Origin: Pristiophorus japonicus
Taxonomy: Eukaryota
NCBI RefSeq assembly: GCF_044704955.1
Contig: NW_027251199.1
Location: forward strand, 1 to 60,399
Length of the DNA stretch: 60,399 nucleotides
Direction: 5' to 3'
Shown here: positions 10,487 to 22,464 of the stretch, piece by piece
Numbering within the stretch: position 1 is the stretch's first letter
Layout: each line of letters opens with the position of its first letter
The notes under the pieces: generated by a model
The model's input: only the letters and a program-made list of their open reading frames with translations
What the model was told of the DNA's origin: nothing
Database searches by the model: none
Made by a program: the position numbers and the translations under genes

Positions 10487-13400
10487 CCTAGGGGGAGTGT
10501 TTGCTAGTGCTGTTGGGGAGGGGTTAAATTAAAATGGCATGGGGAATGGGAACCTATGCAGGGAGACAGAGGGAAATAAAATGGGGGCAGAAGCAAAAGA
10601 TAGAAAAGAGAATAGTAAAAGTGGAGGGCAGAGAAACAAGGCAAAAATCAAAAAGGGCCACATTACAGCAAAATTCTAAAGGGACAAAGAGTGTTAAAAA
10701 GACAAGCCTGAAGGCTCTGTGCCTCAATGCGAGGAGTATTCGTAATAAGGTGGATGAATTAACTGCGCAGGCAGCTATTAACGATTATGATATAATTGGG
10801 ATTACGAAGACATGGCTCCAGGGTGACCAATGCTGAGAACTCAACATCCAGGGGTATTCAACATTCAGGAAGGATAGACAGAAAGGAAAGGAGGTGGGGT
10901 AGCGTTGCTGGTTAAAGAGGAAATTAATGCAATAGTAAGAAAGGACATTAGCTTGGATGATGTGGAATCTGTATGGGTAGAGCTGCGGAATATCAAAGGG
11001 CAGAAAACACTAGTGGGAGTTGTGTACAGACCACCAAACAATAGTTGTGAGGTTCGGGATGGCATCAAACAAGAAATTAGGGATGCGTGCAATAAAGGTA
11101 CAGCAGTTATCATGGGCGACTTTAATCTGCATATAGATTGGGTTAACCAAGTTGGTAGCAATGCGGTGGAGGAGGATTTCCTGGAGTGTATTAGGGCTGG
11201 TTTTCTAGACCAATATGTCGAGGAACCAACTAGAGAGCTGGCCATTCTAGACTGGGTGTTGTGTAATGAGAGAGGACCAATTAGCAATCTCGTTGTGCGA
11301 AGCCCCCTGGGGAAGAGTGACCATAATATGGTAGAATTCTTTACTAAGATGGAGAGTGACAGTGTTAATTCAGAGACTAGGGTCCTGAACTTAAGGAAAG
11401 GTAACTTCGATGGTATGAGACGTGAATTGGCTAGGATAGACTGGCAAATGATACTTAAAGGGTTGACAGTGGATAGGCAATGGCAGACATTTATAGATTA
11501 CATGGATGAACTTCAACAATTATACATCCCTGTCTGGAGTAAAAATAAAAAGGGGAAGGTAGCTCAACTGTGGCTAACAAGAGAAATTAGGGATAGTGTT
11601 AAATCCAAGGAAGAGGCATATAAATTGGCAAGAAAAAGCAGCAAACCTGAGGACTGGGAGAATTTTATAATTCAGCAGAGGAGGACAAAGGGTCTAATTA
11701 GGAGGGGGAAAATAAAGTATGAGAGGAAGCTTGCAGGGAACATAAGCTTCTATAGATATTTGAAGAGAAAAAGATTAGTGAAGACCAACGTTGGTCCTTT
11801 GCAGACAGAATCAGGTGAATTTATAATGGGGAACAAAGAAATGGCAGACCAATTGAACAAATACTTTGGATCTGTCTTCACTAAGGAAGACACAAATAAC
11901 CTTCTGGAAATACTAGGGGTTCGAGGGTGTAGCAAAAGGGAGGAACTGAAGGAAATCCTTATTAATCAGGAAATTGTGTTAGAGAAATTGATGGGATTGA
12001 AGGCTGATAAATCACCAGGGCCTGATAGGCAGCATCCCAGAGCACTTAAGGAAGTGGCCCTAGAAATAGTGGATGCATTGGTCATCATTTTCCAACATTC
12101 TATTGACTCAGGATCAGTTCCTATGGACTGGAGGGTAGCTAATGTAGCACCACTTTTTAAAAAAGGAGAGAGAAAATGGGTAATTATAGACCGGTTAGCC
12201 TGACATCGGTGGTGAGGAAAATGTTGGAATCAATTATTAAAGATGAAATAGCAGCGCATTTGGAAAGCAATGACAGGATCGGTCCAAGTCAGCATGGATT
12301 TATGAAAGGGAAATTATGCTTGACAAATCTAGAATTTTTTGAGGATGTAACTAGTAGAGTGGACAAGGGAGAATCAGTGGATGTGGTATATTTGGACTTT
12401 CAAAAGGCTTTTGACAAGGCCCCACACAAGAGATTAGTGTGCAAAATCAAAGCACATGGTATTGAGAGTAATGTACTGATGTGGATAGAGAACTGGTTGG
12501 CAGATAGGAAGCAGAGAGTGGGAATAAACGGGTCCTTTTCATTAGGTGAAGGAATTGAATGTAATATCTCCAAGTTTGCAGATGACACTAAGCTGGGTGG
12601 CGGTGTGAGCTGTGAGGAGGATGCTAAGAGATTGCAGGGTGACTTAGACAGGTTAAGTGAGTGTGCAAATGCATGGCAGATGCAGTATAATGTGGATAAA
12701 TGTGAGATTATCCACTTTGGTGGCAAAAACAGGAAGACAGAATATTATCTGAATGGTGACAGATTAGGAAAAGGGGAGGTGCAACGAGACCTGGGTGTCA
12801 TGGTACATCAGTCATTGAAGTTTGGCATGCAGGTACAGCAGGCGGTGAAGAAGGCAAATGGCATGTTGGCCTTCATAGCTAGAGGATTTGAGTATAGGAG
12901 CAGGGAAGTGTTACTGCAATTGTACAGACCCTTGGTGAGGCCACACCTGGAATATTGTGTTAGTTTTGGTACCCTAATCTGAGGAAGGACATTCTTGTTA
13001 TTGAGGGAGTAAAGCGAAGGTTCACCAGATTGATTCCCAGAATGGCAGGACTGACATATGAGGAGAGACTGGATCAACTGGGCTTCTATCCACTGGAGTT
13101 TAGAAGAATGAGAGAGGATCTCATAGAAACATATAAAATTCTGACAGGATTGGACAGTTTAGATGCAGGAAGAATGTTCCCGTTGCTGGGGAGTTCCAGA
13201 ACCAGGGATCACAGTCTAAGAATAATGGGTAAGCCATTTAGGACCGAGATGAGGAGAAACTTCTTCACTCAGAGAGTGGTTAACCTGTGGAATTCTCTAC
13301 CACAGAAACTTGTTGAGGCCAGTTCGTTAGATATATTCAAAAGGGAGTTAGATATGGCCCTTATGGCCAAAGGGATCAAGGGGTATGGCGAGAAAGCAGG

Positions 13401-13492
13401 AAAGGGGTACTGCGGTTGAATGATCAGCCATGATCTTATTGAATGGCAGTGCAGGCTCGAAGGGCCTGCACCTATTTTCTATGTTTCTATGA
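10487..13492 (+). mobile_element. CR1/HER1-type LINE, near full ORF2 (APE endonuclease + RT), frameshifted and internally deleted
   Basis: CLNARSI, GVVYRPP, IMGDFN, LGKSDH, KSPGPD, NYRPVSLTS, VYLDFQKAFDK, KFADDTK; the SGVPQGSVLGP segment is missing near 12540; tail TTTTCTATGTTTCTATG. Confidence 0.95.
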
Positions 13493-13544
13493 CGATGAAG
13501 TTTGGTTTATTGCTGGGGTGGTGCAAGATGGGTTAAGTTTAAAT

Positions 13545-13980
13545 AAGAAAGACTTGTCTTTATATACTGTCTTTCATGACCTTAGGACATCCCAAAGCAC
13601 TTTACAGCCAATTAAGTACTTTTGAAGTGTAGTCACTGTTGTAATGTAGAAATTGCAGCAGCCAATTTGCACACAGCAACCTCCTACAAACAGCAACGTG
13701 ATAATGACCAGATCATCTGTTTTAGTGATGATTGAGGGATAAATATCGGCCAGAGCACTGGGGATAACTCCCCTGCTCTTCTTCGACATAGTGCCATGGG
13801 ACCTTTTATGTCCAGCAGACATCTCATCCGAAAGACGTTACCTTCGACAGTGCAACACTCCCTCAGCACTGCACTGGAGTGTCAGCCTAGATTATTGTGG
13901 TCAAGTCTCTGGAGTGGGACTTGAACCGACAATCTTCTGACTCAGAGGCAAGAATGCAACCAACTGAGTCACAGTTGACA
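13545..13980 (-). mobile_element. tRNA-headed SINE with Deu-like core and L2-like tail
   Basis: Minus-strand head TGACTCAGTTGG..GGTTCAAGTCC (A/B boxes); body nearly identical to the insert at 39640-39960. Confidence 0.75.
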
Positions 13981-15252
13981 ATATTGAAAGGGTGGGGGGC
14001 GTGGGTGGCATGCAAGATGAATTAAGGTGGTGTAATGCTGAGGATGTTTCAGGATTAGTCATGATTGATGTATTGCTGGGGATGACTCAGGATGGGATAA
14101 GTTTAGGGTATCCTCAATTGTCTCCTCCCAGTAGCTAAAGAGCTCCTCCCAGAGTTGCAATGCGGATTCTGCTCACTAAGGGGCACAATAGACATGATCT
14201 TCACCACTTGACAAATCCAAGAAAAATTTAGGGAGCAGCATCAACCTCTGTACATGGCTTTCTTTTACCTCACAAAGGCCTTTGACTCTGTCAATTGTGA
14301 GGGATTATGGAGTGTCCTCCTCAAATTCGGCTGTCTTCAAAAATTTATCACCATAAGAACATAAGAAATAGGAACAGGAGTAGGCCGTAGGGTCTCTCGA
14401 GCCTCTCCGCCATTCAATAAGATCATGGCTGATCTGATCATGGACTCAGCTCCACTTCCCCGCCCGCTCCCCAAAACCCTTTATCCCCTTATCGTTTACC
14501 AGCCTCAGCCTGCTTCACGACGACATGCAAGTCGTGATTCTTACCAACGGATCCACCACAGACCCAAAACAAATGCGGGGTCAAGTAAGGCTGTGTCATC
14601 GCACCAACGCTCTTTTCAATCTTCCTCGCTACATTGCTTCATTTCACCTTTAACAAGCTCCCCGCTGAAGTGGAGTTAATCTACAGGACACGCAGGAAAT
14701 TGTTCAACTTCTGACGCCTCCAGTCCAGATCCAAAGTTGTTCCAACCTCTGTCATTGAATTACAAAATGTAGATGACGCTGTTGTGCACATTCGAAGTCC
14801 GAACTCCAAACCATCGTTGACACCTTCACTGAAGCATACGAGATTCTGGGCCTTACATTAGACTTCAGTAAGACAAAGGTTCTCTACCAACCTGCCCCCG
14901 CCATACAGTACTGCTCTCCGATTATCAAGATCCATGACGAGACCTTGGACAATGTGGACCACATCCCATACCTTGGGAGCCTACTATCAGCAAGGACAGA
15001 CATCGATGATGAAGTCCAACACTGCCTTCAGTATGCCAGTGTAGCCTTCAGCCACCTGAGGAAAAGAGTGTTCGAAGACCAGGATCTCAAACCCAGCACC
15101 AAGCTCAGTAGTGATATTCGTCCTATATGCTTCAGAGACATGGACTATGTATAGTAGGCATCTCAAAGCACTGGAGAAGTACCACCAACACTGCCTCCGC
15201 AAAATCCTGCAAATTCATTGGCAGGACAGGCGCACCAGGCCAACATCCCCAG

Positions 15253-15501
15253 TGTCATGTATCTTACATTATTATATATAACTGTATCCCAGCATGCTAT
15301 ACATGACTGTAATAAGATATGACCTGTAACCACCAGCATACCTTACCACCGGGGGTGCACTTGCAAGAGACAGGTATATAAGCACAGGTCTCAGGCAAGT
15401 GCCGCATTCCAGAGCTGTGAAATAAAAGGTGCAGGTCCAGAGTGACCTTGACTTCACCACAAGCCTCATGTGAATCTGTACTGAGGGGACAGGACTTTAC
15501 A
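15253..15501 (+). repeat. Gypsy 5' LTR
   Basis: TG..CA ends, TATATAA and AATAAA inside; 7 mismatches to the 3' LTR by my count. Confidence 0.97.
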
Positions 15502-15536
15502 GTGGCGATGGGTTACGGGATTACAGAATCCACAGA

Positions 15537-16415
15537 ATGGCGAACAACGGATCAGATGAAAAATACAATGCAGGAGACAATTGGGAGGACTTTATAGAAA
15601 GGCTCCAGCAAAGCTTTGTAACCAAAGACTGGTTAGGCGACGATATGGCAGACAAGAGAAGAGCCCATCTCTTGACCAGCTGTGGCTCGAAAACATACGC
15701 TTTAATGAAGGATTTGTTGGCACCTGAGAAACCAGCAAGCAAGTCGTTTGAAGAATTGAGCACACTGGTAAGAGACCACCTGAAGCCAGCGAGCAGCCTA
15801 CACATGGCCAGACACAGGTTCTACAACTACAGACGCTGTGTGGGCCAGAGCATACCCGACTTCGTGGCAGAACTTCGAAGGTTGGCTAGTTTATGTGAGT
15901 TCTCCGATGAACTGAGGAGAGAAATGCTGAGAGACTCTTTCATTGAAGGAATAGGCCACGCAGGCATATTCCGAAAGCTCATAGAGACCAAGAACCTGAC
16001 CTTAGATGCAGCAGCACTGGTTGCACAGACATTCTTGGTAGGGGAAGAAGAAACGAGGTTGATTTACAATGCAGGTACGACAACTAACGAAATAATGGAA
16101 CAAGGAGTTCACAGCATTAGAAAAGCTGCTACCCCCACATAAAACCGGCAGAACAGGCTTTCGATAGCAAGCAGTGGCAACAGAAGCCATCAAGGGCCAC
16201 AGGAACAGCCGTTCACACCTCATCAACCCACAATGCGAGCAATCAACTACAAATTGAGAGAAGCTCAAGAGAGATCAGCCAGACGCAGCCCATTCTTTGC
16301 AAGCAGTCTGTGCTGGAGGTGTGGGGGTGGGCACTCTTCAAGGGAATGTCGATTTCAGCAGGCTGTTTGCAGGAACTGTGAATATACAGGGCATTTGGCC
16401 CGCATGTGCAAATAA
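15537..16415 (+). pseudogene. gag: Gypsy gag (premature stop at 16140) with two CCHC knuckles
   Basis: WEDFIERL..FVAELRRLASLCEF..LRD.FI.GI; CWRCGGGHSSREC and CRNCEYTGHLARMC. Confidence 0.9.
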
Positions 16416-16553
16416 ACGGCAGCTCGGCTGGTATACGAATCGGATGGGTCGGAAAGCGGACCAGAAGACGGTGGGGACAGTACCTGGGACACCGATGTAC
16501 AGCGGGTCAACACGATCAATTGCCGCTGCTCCTACGACAGGACGCCTCCTATA

Positions 16554-19500
16554 ATGATGAGGGTCCTACTCAACGGGATATCTGTCAACATGGAGCTGGA
16601 TACAGGAGTGAGTCAATCTCTCATGGGCGCTCAACAATTTGAACAACTGTGGCCGCATAAAAGAGACAGACCAAAACTCACAAGGGTCGACACCAAACTA
16701 AGAACCTATACTAAAGAAATCGTACCAGTCCTTGGCAGCGCCATGCTCTCTGTCACACACAAAGGGACAGTGAATCGACTTCCCCTGTGGATTGTCCCCG
16801 GAGACCCCCCAGCACTGCTGGGGAGAAGCTGTCTGGCAAAACTAAACTGGAAATGGGATGATGTCCATGCCATGTCATTAGAGGAACGGACCTCCTGCTC
16901 AACAGTTATAAAACGATTTGAACATCTCTTTCAGCCAGGTGTGGGCACTTTCAAAGGGGCCAAAGTCAAAATCTACATCACACAGGATGCTAGACCGGTC
17001 CATCACAAGGCCAGAGCTGTACCCTATGTGATGAGAGAAAAGATTGAACACGAACTAGACAGGCTTCTGCGGGAAGGCATTATATCACCTGTGGAATTTA
17101 GCGACTGGGCAAGTCCCATCGTCCCAGTCATGAAGCCTGATGGATCCGTACGAATCTGTGGGGACTACAAATCTACCATAAACAGAGTCTCCCTACAGGA
17201 CCAGTACCCGCTGCCCAGAGCGGAGGACTTATTTGCCACATTGGCTGGAGGTAAACTTTTCTCAAAATTAGACCTCACATCTGCGTATATGACGCAAGAA
17301 TTGACCGAGGAATCCAAGCTACTCACCACCATCAGCGCACATCGAGGCCTTTTCATGTACAATCGATGCCCATTCGGCATCAGGTCGGCAGCTGCCATAT
17401 TCCAGCGCAACATGGAGAGTCTGCTCAAGTCCATCCCGGGGACGGTTGTATTTCAAGACGACATACTTATCACAGGTAGGGACACCGACTCCCATCTCCG
17501 TAATTTGGAGGAAGTACTAAAGCGGTTGGATCGGGTAAGCCTGCGAGTAAAGAAATCCAAGTGCCTGTTTCTCGCACACGAGGTTGAATTTTTGGGCAGG
17601 ATTGTCGCTGATGGAATCCGCCCAACAGAGTCCAAAACAGAAGCAATTCGCCTGGCACCCAGGCCCCAGAATGTCTCAGAACTGCGCACCTTTCTCGGGC
17701 TACTCAATTACTTTGGGAACTTTATGCAGAACTTAAGCACGCTGCTGGAGCCTCTCCACGTGCTCCTCAGGAAGGGGTGCGATTGGTTTTGGGGGGACGC
17801 CCAGGATCGTGCCTTCAATAAGGCACGCAACCTTCTGTGTTCCAACAGTGTTTTGATTTTCTTTGACCCAGGTAAAAAGCTAGTTCTCACATGCGATGCG
17901 TCAGCGTATGGGGTTGAGTGCATTTTGCAACATGTCAATAGTGCGGGCAAATTACAACCCATAGCTTATGCCTCCAGGTCACTTTCGCGGGCGGAGCGCG
18001 GGTACGGAATGGTAGAGAAGGAGGCGCTCGCGTGCGTGTACGGTGTCAAAAAGATGCACCAATACCTTTTCGGGGCCAAGTTCGCATTAGAAACCGACTG
18101 CAAGCCCCTCACTTCCCTCCTATCCGAGAGCAAGGCAATAAACGCCACACCTCGGCGCGAATTCAACGGTGGGCACTCATGCTGGCGTCCCACGACTATA
18201 CCATAAGGCACAGACCAGGCACAGGCAACTGTGCCGATGCGCTCAGCAGGCTACCCCTGGCGACCACGGAAGGGTCTGACGAACAGGACTGTGAGATAGT
18301 CATGGCAATCAATGCCTTTGAGTCCACAGGTTCGCCCATGACAGCTCGCCAAATCAGAACCTGGACGGCCAGCGACCCCACATTATCCTTAATAAAAAGA
18401 TGTGTCCTAACCGGTGACTGGGCAGAGGCTCGCGATGCCTGCCCCGAGGAATTAAAACCCTTTCACAGGCGCATGCATGAGCTTTCACTACAAGCAGACT
18501 GCCTGATGTGGGGCAGCCGAGTAGTCATGCCTCTGCGACGCAGAGAGGCATTTGTCCGGGAGCTCCACCGCGAGCACCCGGGATCATTCTCATGAAGGCC
18601 ATAGCCAGATCCCACGTCTGGTATTGACGCGGACTTGGAGCTCTGCGTCTGAAGGTGCACCATTTGTGCCCAACTCAACAATGCCCCCAGGGAGGCTCCA
18701 CTGAGCCCCTGGCCTACCAAACCGTGGTCGCGGGTGCACGTAGACTATGCGGGCCCATTCATGGGCAAAATGTTCCTCGTAGTTGTAGATGCATTTTCAA
18801 AGTGGATCAAATGCACCATTTTAAACTCGAGCACAACCTCCACCACTGTGGAGAGCCTCGCAACCATGTTTGCAATGCACGGAATCCCTGACATATTGGT
18901 CAGTGACAATGGTCTGTGCTTCACCAGCGCAGAATTCCAAGACTTTATAATTGACCACGGCATAAATCACATCAAGATGGCACCGTTCAAGCCGATCTCC
19001 AACGGCCAGGTGGAGAGAGCAGTGCAAATTATTAAACAAGGCATGCTTAAAATCTAAGATCCCACGCTGCAGGGTCGCCTGTCGCGACTGCTGTTGGCAT
19101 ACAGATCTCGTCCGCACTCACTGACTGGGATCCCCCCGCGCAACTGTTGATGAAAAGGACTTTAAAAACAAGGCTCTCATTAATCCTCCCAGACATGCAC
19201 GAAATCGTTGAGGCAAAGCGCCGTAAGCTGACTGAGTACCATGACAGAAATTCGAGAGGGAGATGGAATGAGATAGGGGACAAAGTGTTTGTACTAAACT
19301 ATGGCAGGGGTCCCAAATGGCTTGCAGGGACAGTAACGGGCAAGGAAGGAAACAGGCTACTGGTAGTACGAATGGACAATGGCAAAACCTGCCGGAGGCA
19401 TGTAGACCAAGTCAAAAGCAGATTTACCAAGAGCACTGCGGAACCAGAGGCAGACTACAATGTGGAACTCGCACCACACCTGGTGAAAAGACAGAGGGAA

Positions 19501-19659
19501 CAACCTGAGGAAAGGGCAATCCCAACAGACAGCCCAGGCGAGTCAACAACAATCACACCAATCGAAACAGACAGCCCAGACGAGATACCAGCAACCACAC
19601 CCAAAGAAAAACAGACATCAAGGCAAACAACTGAACCACAACTCAGACGCTTCACGTGA
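16554..19659 (+). pseudogene. pol: Gypsy pol (PR-RT-RNaseH-IN), frameshifted after RNase H
   Basis: PR MELDTG; RT RICGDYK, PFGI, VFQDDIL; RH LTCDASAYG, EKEALA; IN HVDYAGP, VSDNG, SNGQVERAV, KWLAG..RRHVDQ. Confidence 0.93.
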
Positions 19660-19719
19660 GAGCGTAGACCACCTGAGAGACTGAACCTATAAAGACAATA
19701 AGACCTTGGGGGAGGGTGA

Positions 19720-19968
19720 TGTCATGTATCTTACATTATTATATATAACTGTATCCCAACATGCTATACATGACTGTAATAAGATATGACCTGTAACCAC
19801 CAGCATACCTTACCACCGGGAGTGCACTTGCAAGAGACAGGTATATAAGGACAGGTCTCAGGCAAGTGCAGCATTCCAGAGCTGTGAAATAAAAGGTGCA
19901 GGTCCAGAGTGATCTTGACTTCACCAAATGCCTCATGTGAATCTGTACTGAGGGGACAGGACTTTACA
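19720..19968 (+). repeat. Gypsy 3' LTR
   Basis: Direct repeat of 15253-15501. Confidence 0.97.
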
Positions 19969-20423
19969 CCCAGCATCATAGCATTGACCACGCTCAATCA
20001 GCTCTGATGGGCGGGCCACATTGTCTGAAAGCCCGATACTAGGCTCCCGAAACAGGCACTCTACTCCAAGCTACGTCACAGCAGGCGAGCCCCAGGAGGG
20101 CAGAGAAAACGCTTCAAGGACACTCTCAAAGCCTCTTTGAAAAAAATGAAACATCCCCAACGACTCTTGGGAATCCCTGGCCCAACGCTGCTTAAAGCGG
20201 ATGAGCAGCATCCGAGAAGGCGGTGAATACATTTGAGTTTCTTCGCCGGGAGAAGGCGGAAGGAGCATATGACAAATCAAGCACCCCACCCACCTGTCCC
20301 TCCAACCGCCCCACCTGTGACAGAGACTGTTGATCCCGCATTACTCTCATCAGTCAACTTAGAACTCATTTTAGTGTGAAAGTAGTCATCCTCAACACCG
20401 GGTAACTGCCTAAGAAGAGAAGA

Positions 20424-20575
20424 TTGCTGGTGATGTTTTGGGATGAGTTAAGTTTAGAGTATTGCTGGGGATGTTGCAGGATGAGTTAAGTTTAGGGTAT
20501 TGCTGGGGATGTTGCAGGATGAGTTAAGTTTAGGGTATTGCTGGGGATGTTGCAGGATGAGTTAAGTTTAAAGTA
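20424..20575. repeat. 38-bp minisatellite GATGAGTTAAGTTTAGGGTATTGCTGGGGATGTTGCAG
   Basis: About 4 tandem copies; degenerate copies also at about 13500-13540 and 14010-14110. Confidence 0.88.
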
Positions 20576-20599
20576 TGACTGAGGGGTACCCAGTGACCT

Positions 20600-21150
20600 T
20601 TGACATGTTATGCTATGACGTCAGTCCCTGCGGTTTCCGGGTCCCGTGACGCGGGCTGGATTCACAGATTGTCAGAGACTCGGTTACAGCGGGCCGCGCA
20701 GCGCCGGTACCCCGAGGAGTGGTGGGCCCGGATTGGAGGCTGGCCCCTCTCAGGTAACTCAGGGGCCCGTTGTTGAGTTTCGCTCGAACCTCCGCGCCGC
20801 TGCGGGGCAACCGAACGTGATGGTGGGCGGGAAACCGGCGAAGGTGATTGACAGGGAAGCGACCAATCAGGATGAGGAAAATCGCGGCCGCCGTGACCCG
20901 ATTGGCTCATTGGCGTTGCTAGGGCGGGTTGCCGCGGGTAGCGGGGTAAGTTGAGCAGCCATCAGCCGGGCCTGCCTCCACCCGGGGCACACCCGCTGTC
21001 GGCTGCGCGTCCTCGGGCTTTGCTCAGGTGCAGGTGCAGGTGGAAGCGGCCTAACCGACGGTCCGGCAGCAGCGCCCGGCCCGAGTGAGTGCGGATTGAA
21101 AGGCCGGGCTCATTGGCTGAAGCTCGGCGCTGCTTCCACACAGCCGCCAA
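20600..21150 (+). promoter_or_regulatory. CpG-island promoter and probable non-coding exon 1 of the CDC42SE gene
   Basis: CpG-dense; CRE TGACGTCA 20616-20623; ETS TTCCGG at about 20635; several CCAAT/ATTGG boxes at 20731-20913; GC boxes; candidate donors GGG|GTAAGT (20946) and CGA|GTGAGT (21085). Confidence 0.75.
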
Positions 21151-22464
21151 TTATAGTCTGTGTGTGGACTCAGTATAAGCTGGCGCCCGCTGGTTCCAGT
21201 CCATTTACAAAGAGGCAGATTTCGCAATTGGTGTGTGTGCTTTTAATTACTATAATCCCCATTAAATGGGAAATCCAGTTAGTTTTACTGCTTGTAAACA
21301 GTTGAGGTCAGATAGAGGGCAATTGCATCTCCTTGGAAATTTCTGGCTGCAGATCAGAAAAACTCAGCATGGAAAAAGCTGCATTTTTAAAATAAGGCCT
21401 TGATTCTATTGCATTGTGATCCAATGAAGTTTGATGTCTGTAATGTGATCAGATTATAGTCTTATATATGTATATAATAGATGATCCAAACACTACAAAT
21501 AATTGACAATACATAATATAATTTCCTTCCCTTTTTGCCCTTCCTCCATTAAATACTGTCTTTAGAAGTATGGCTTTCGCGGGCACTGGTAACATTATGG
21601 CACCTCATCTGTGTATGAATTCTTCAAGTATGGGCTTAATTGGTGAGTTTTGGCTGGGTATTAGAAGACATCACAGCTGAGCTGCATCCTATTGCATACA
21701 GTTCTATTGGAGGGTTGAGAAATAGGAGGCATAGTCTCTAGATAAGGGGTCGGCCATTTAAGACTGAGATGAGGAGAATTTCTTAAGAGTTGTGAATCTT
21801 TGGACTGATGCTGAGTCATTGAGTATCTTCAAGGCCGTGATAGATAGATTCTTTGGACTCGAGGGGAATCAAGGGATATGGGGATCGAGCAGGAAAGTAG
21901 AGTTGAGGTCAAAAATTAGTCATGGTTTTATTGAAGCAGGCTCGAAGGGTTGTATGGACTACTACTGCTCGTAGTTTTTGTGTTCACACACACACTTGCA
22001 TTTTCTACTAGAAGTCACTGGATAGCAATCAGGAGCAGGAACCATGGCTAATTTTTTCATCCCTTTCCTCCCTAATCCCACATTACAACAGTAACTACAC
22101 TTCAAAAGTACTTCATTGTCTGTAAGGTGCTCTGAGACATCTGGTGGTCGTGAAAGGCGCTATATAAATGCAAGTATTCTTTCTTCCCTCTCGATCCCAT
22201 CTAAGGATGCAGGGGCTAATTGTAAGTCCATGCCACTACTTCAGATGAGATAAGCTAACTCAACACAGGCCACTGATGTAACCTGCAACCTTTATGATCG
22301 AGATGTCTGCGCTTCTCTAGTTCTGCTCTCTTGAGCATCCCTGATTATAATCACTCAACCATTTGTGGCTGTGCCTTCTGTTGCCGAGGCCCCAAGCTCT
22401 GGAACTCCCTGCCTAAACCTCTCCGCCGCTCTACCTCTTCTCCTTCAAGACGCTCCTTGAATTC

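Larger units (their letters stand above)
15253..19968 (+). mobile_element. Ty3/Gypsy LTR retrotransposon, full-length but inactivated
   Basis: 249-bp LTRs TGT..ACA at 15253-15501 and 19720-19968; TSD CCCAG at 15248-15252 and 19969-19973; PBS TGGCGA.. at 15503; PPT GGGGGAGGGTGA before the 3' LTR; order PR-RT-RH-IN. Confidence 0.97.
14110..20423 (+). mobile_element. RTE LINE (RT to 3' end), split by the Gypsy provirus and by a short HE1-like fragment at about 14354-14500
   Basis: RTE RT remnants (PELQCGF, KAFDSV, YLGS, HLRKRVF) before 15252; the RTE C-terminus continues after 19973 and ends in an (AAG)n-like tail at about 20412-20423. Confidence 0.85.

Noticed and set aside
20484-20540. TTAGGG hexamers as interstitial telomere
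   Set aside because: Single hexamers within a 38-bp unit, not tandem
20646-20954. ORFs in the CpG island
   Set aside because: No recognisable homology; expected in GC-rich DNA, and the CDC42SE start is at 28087
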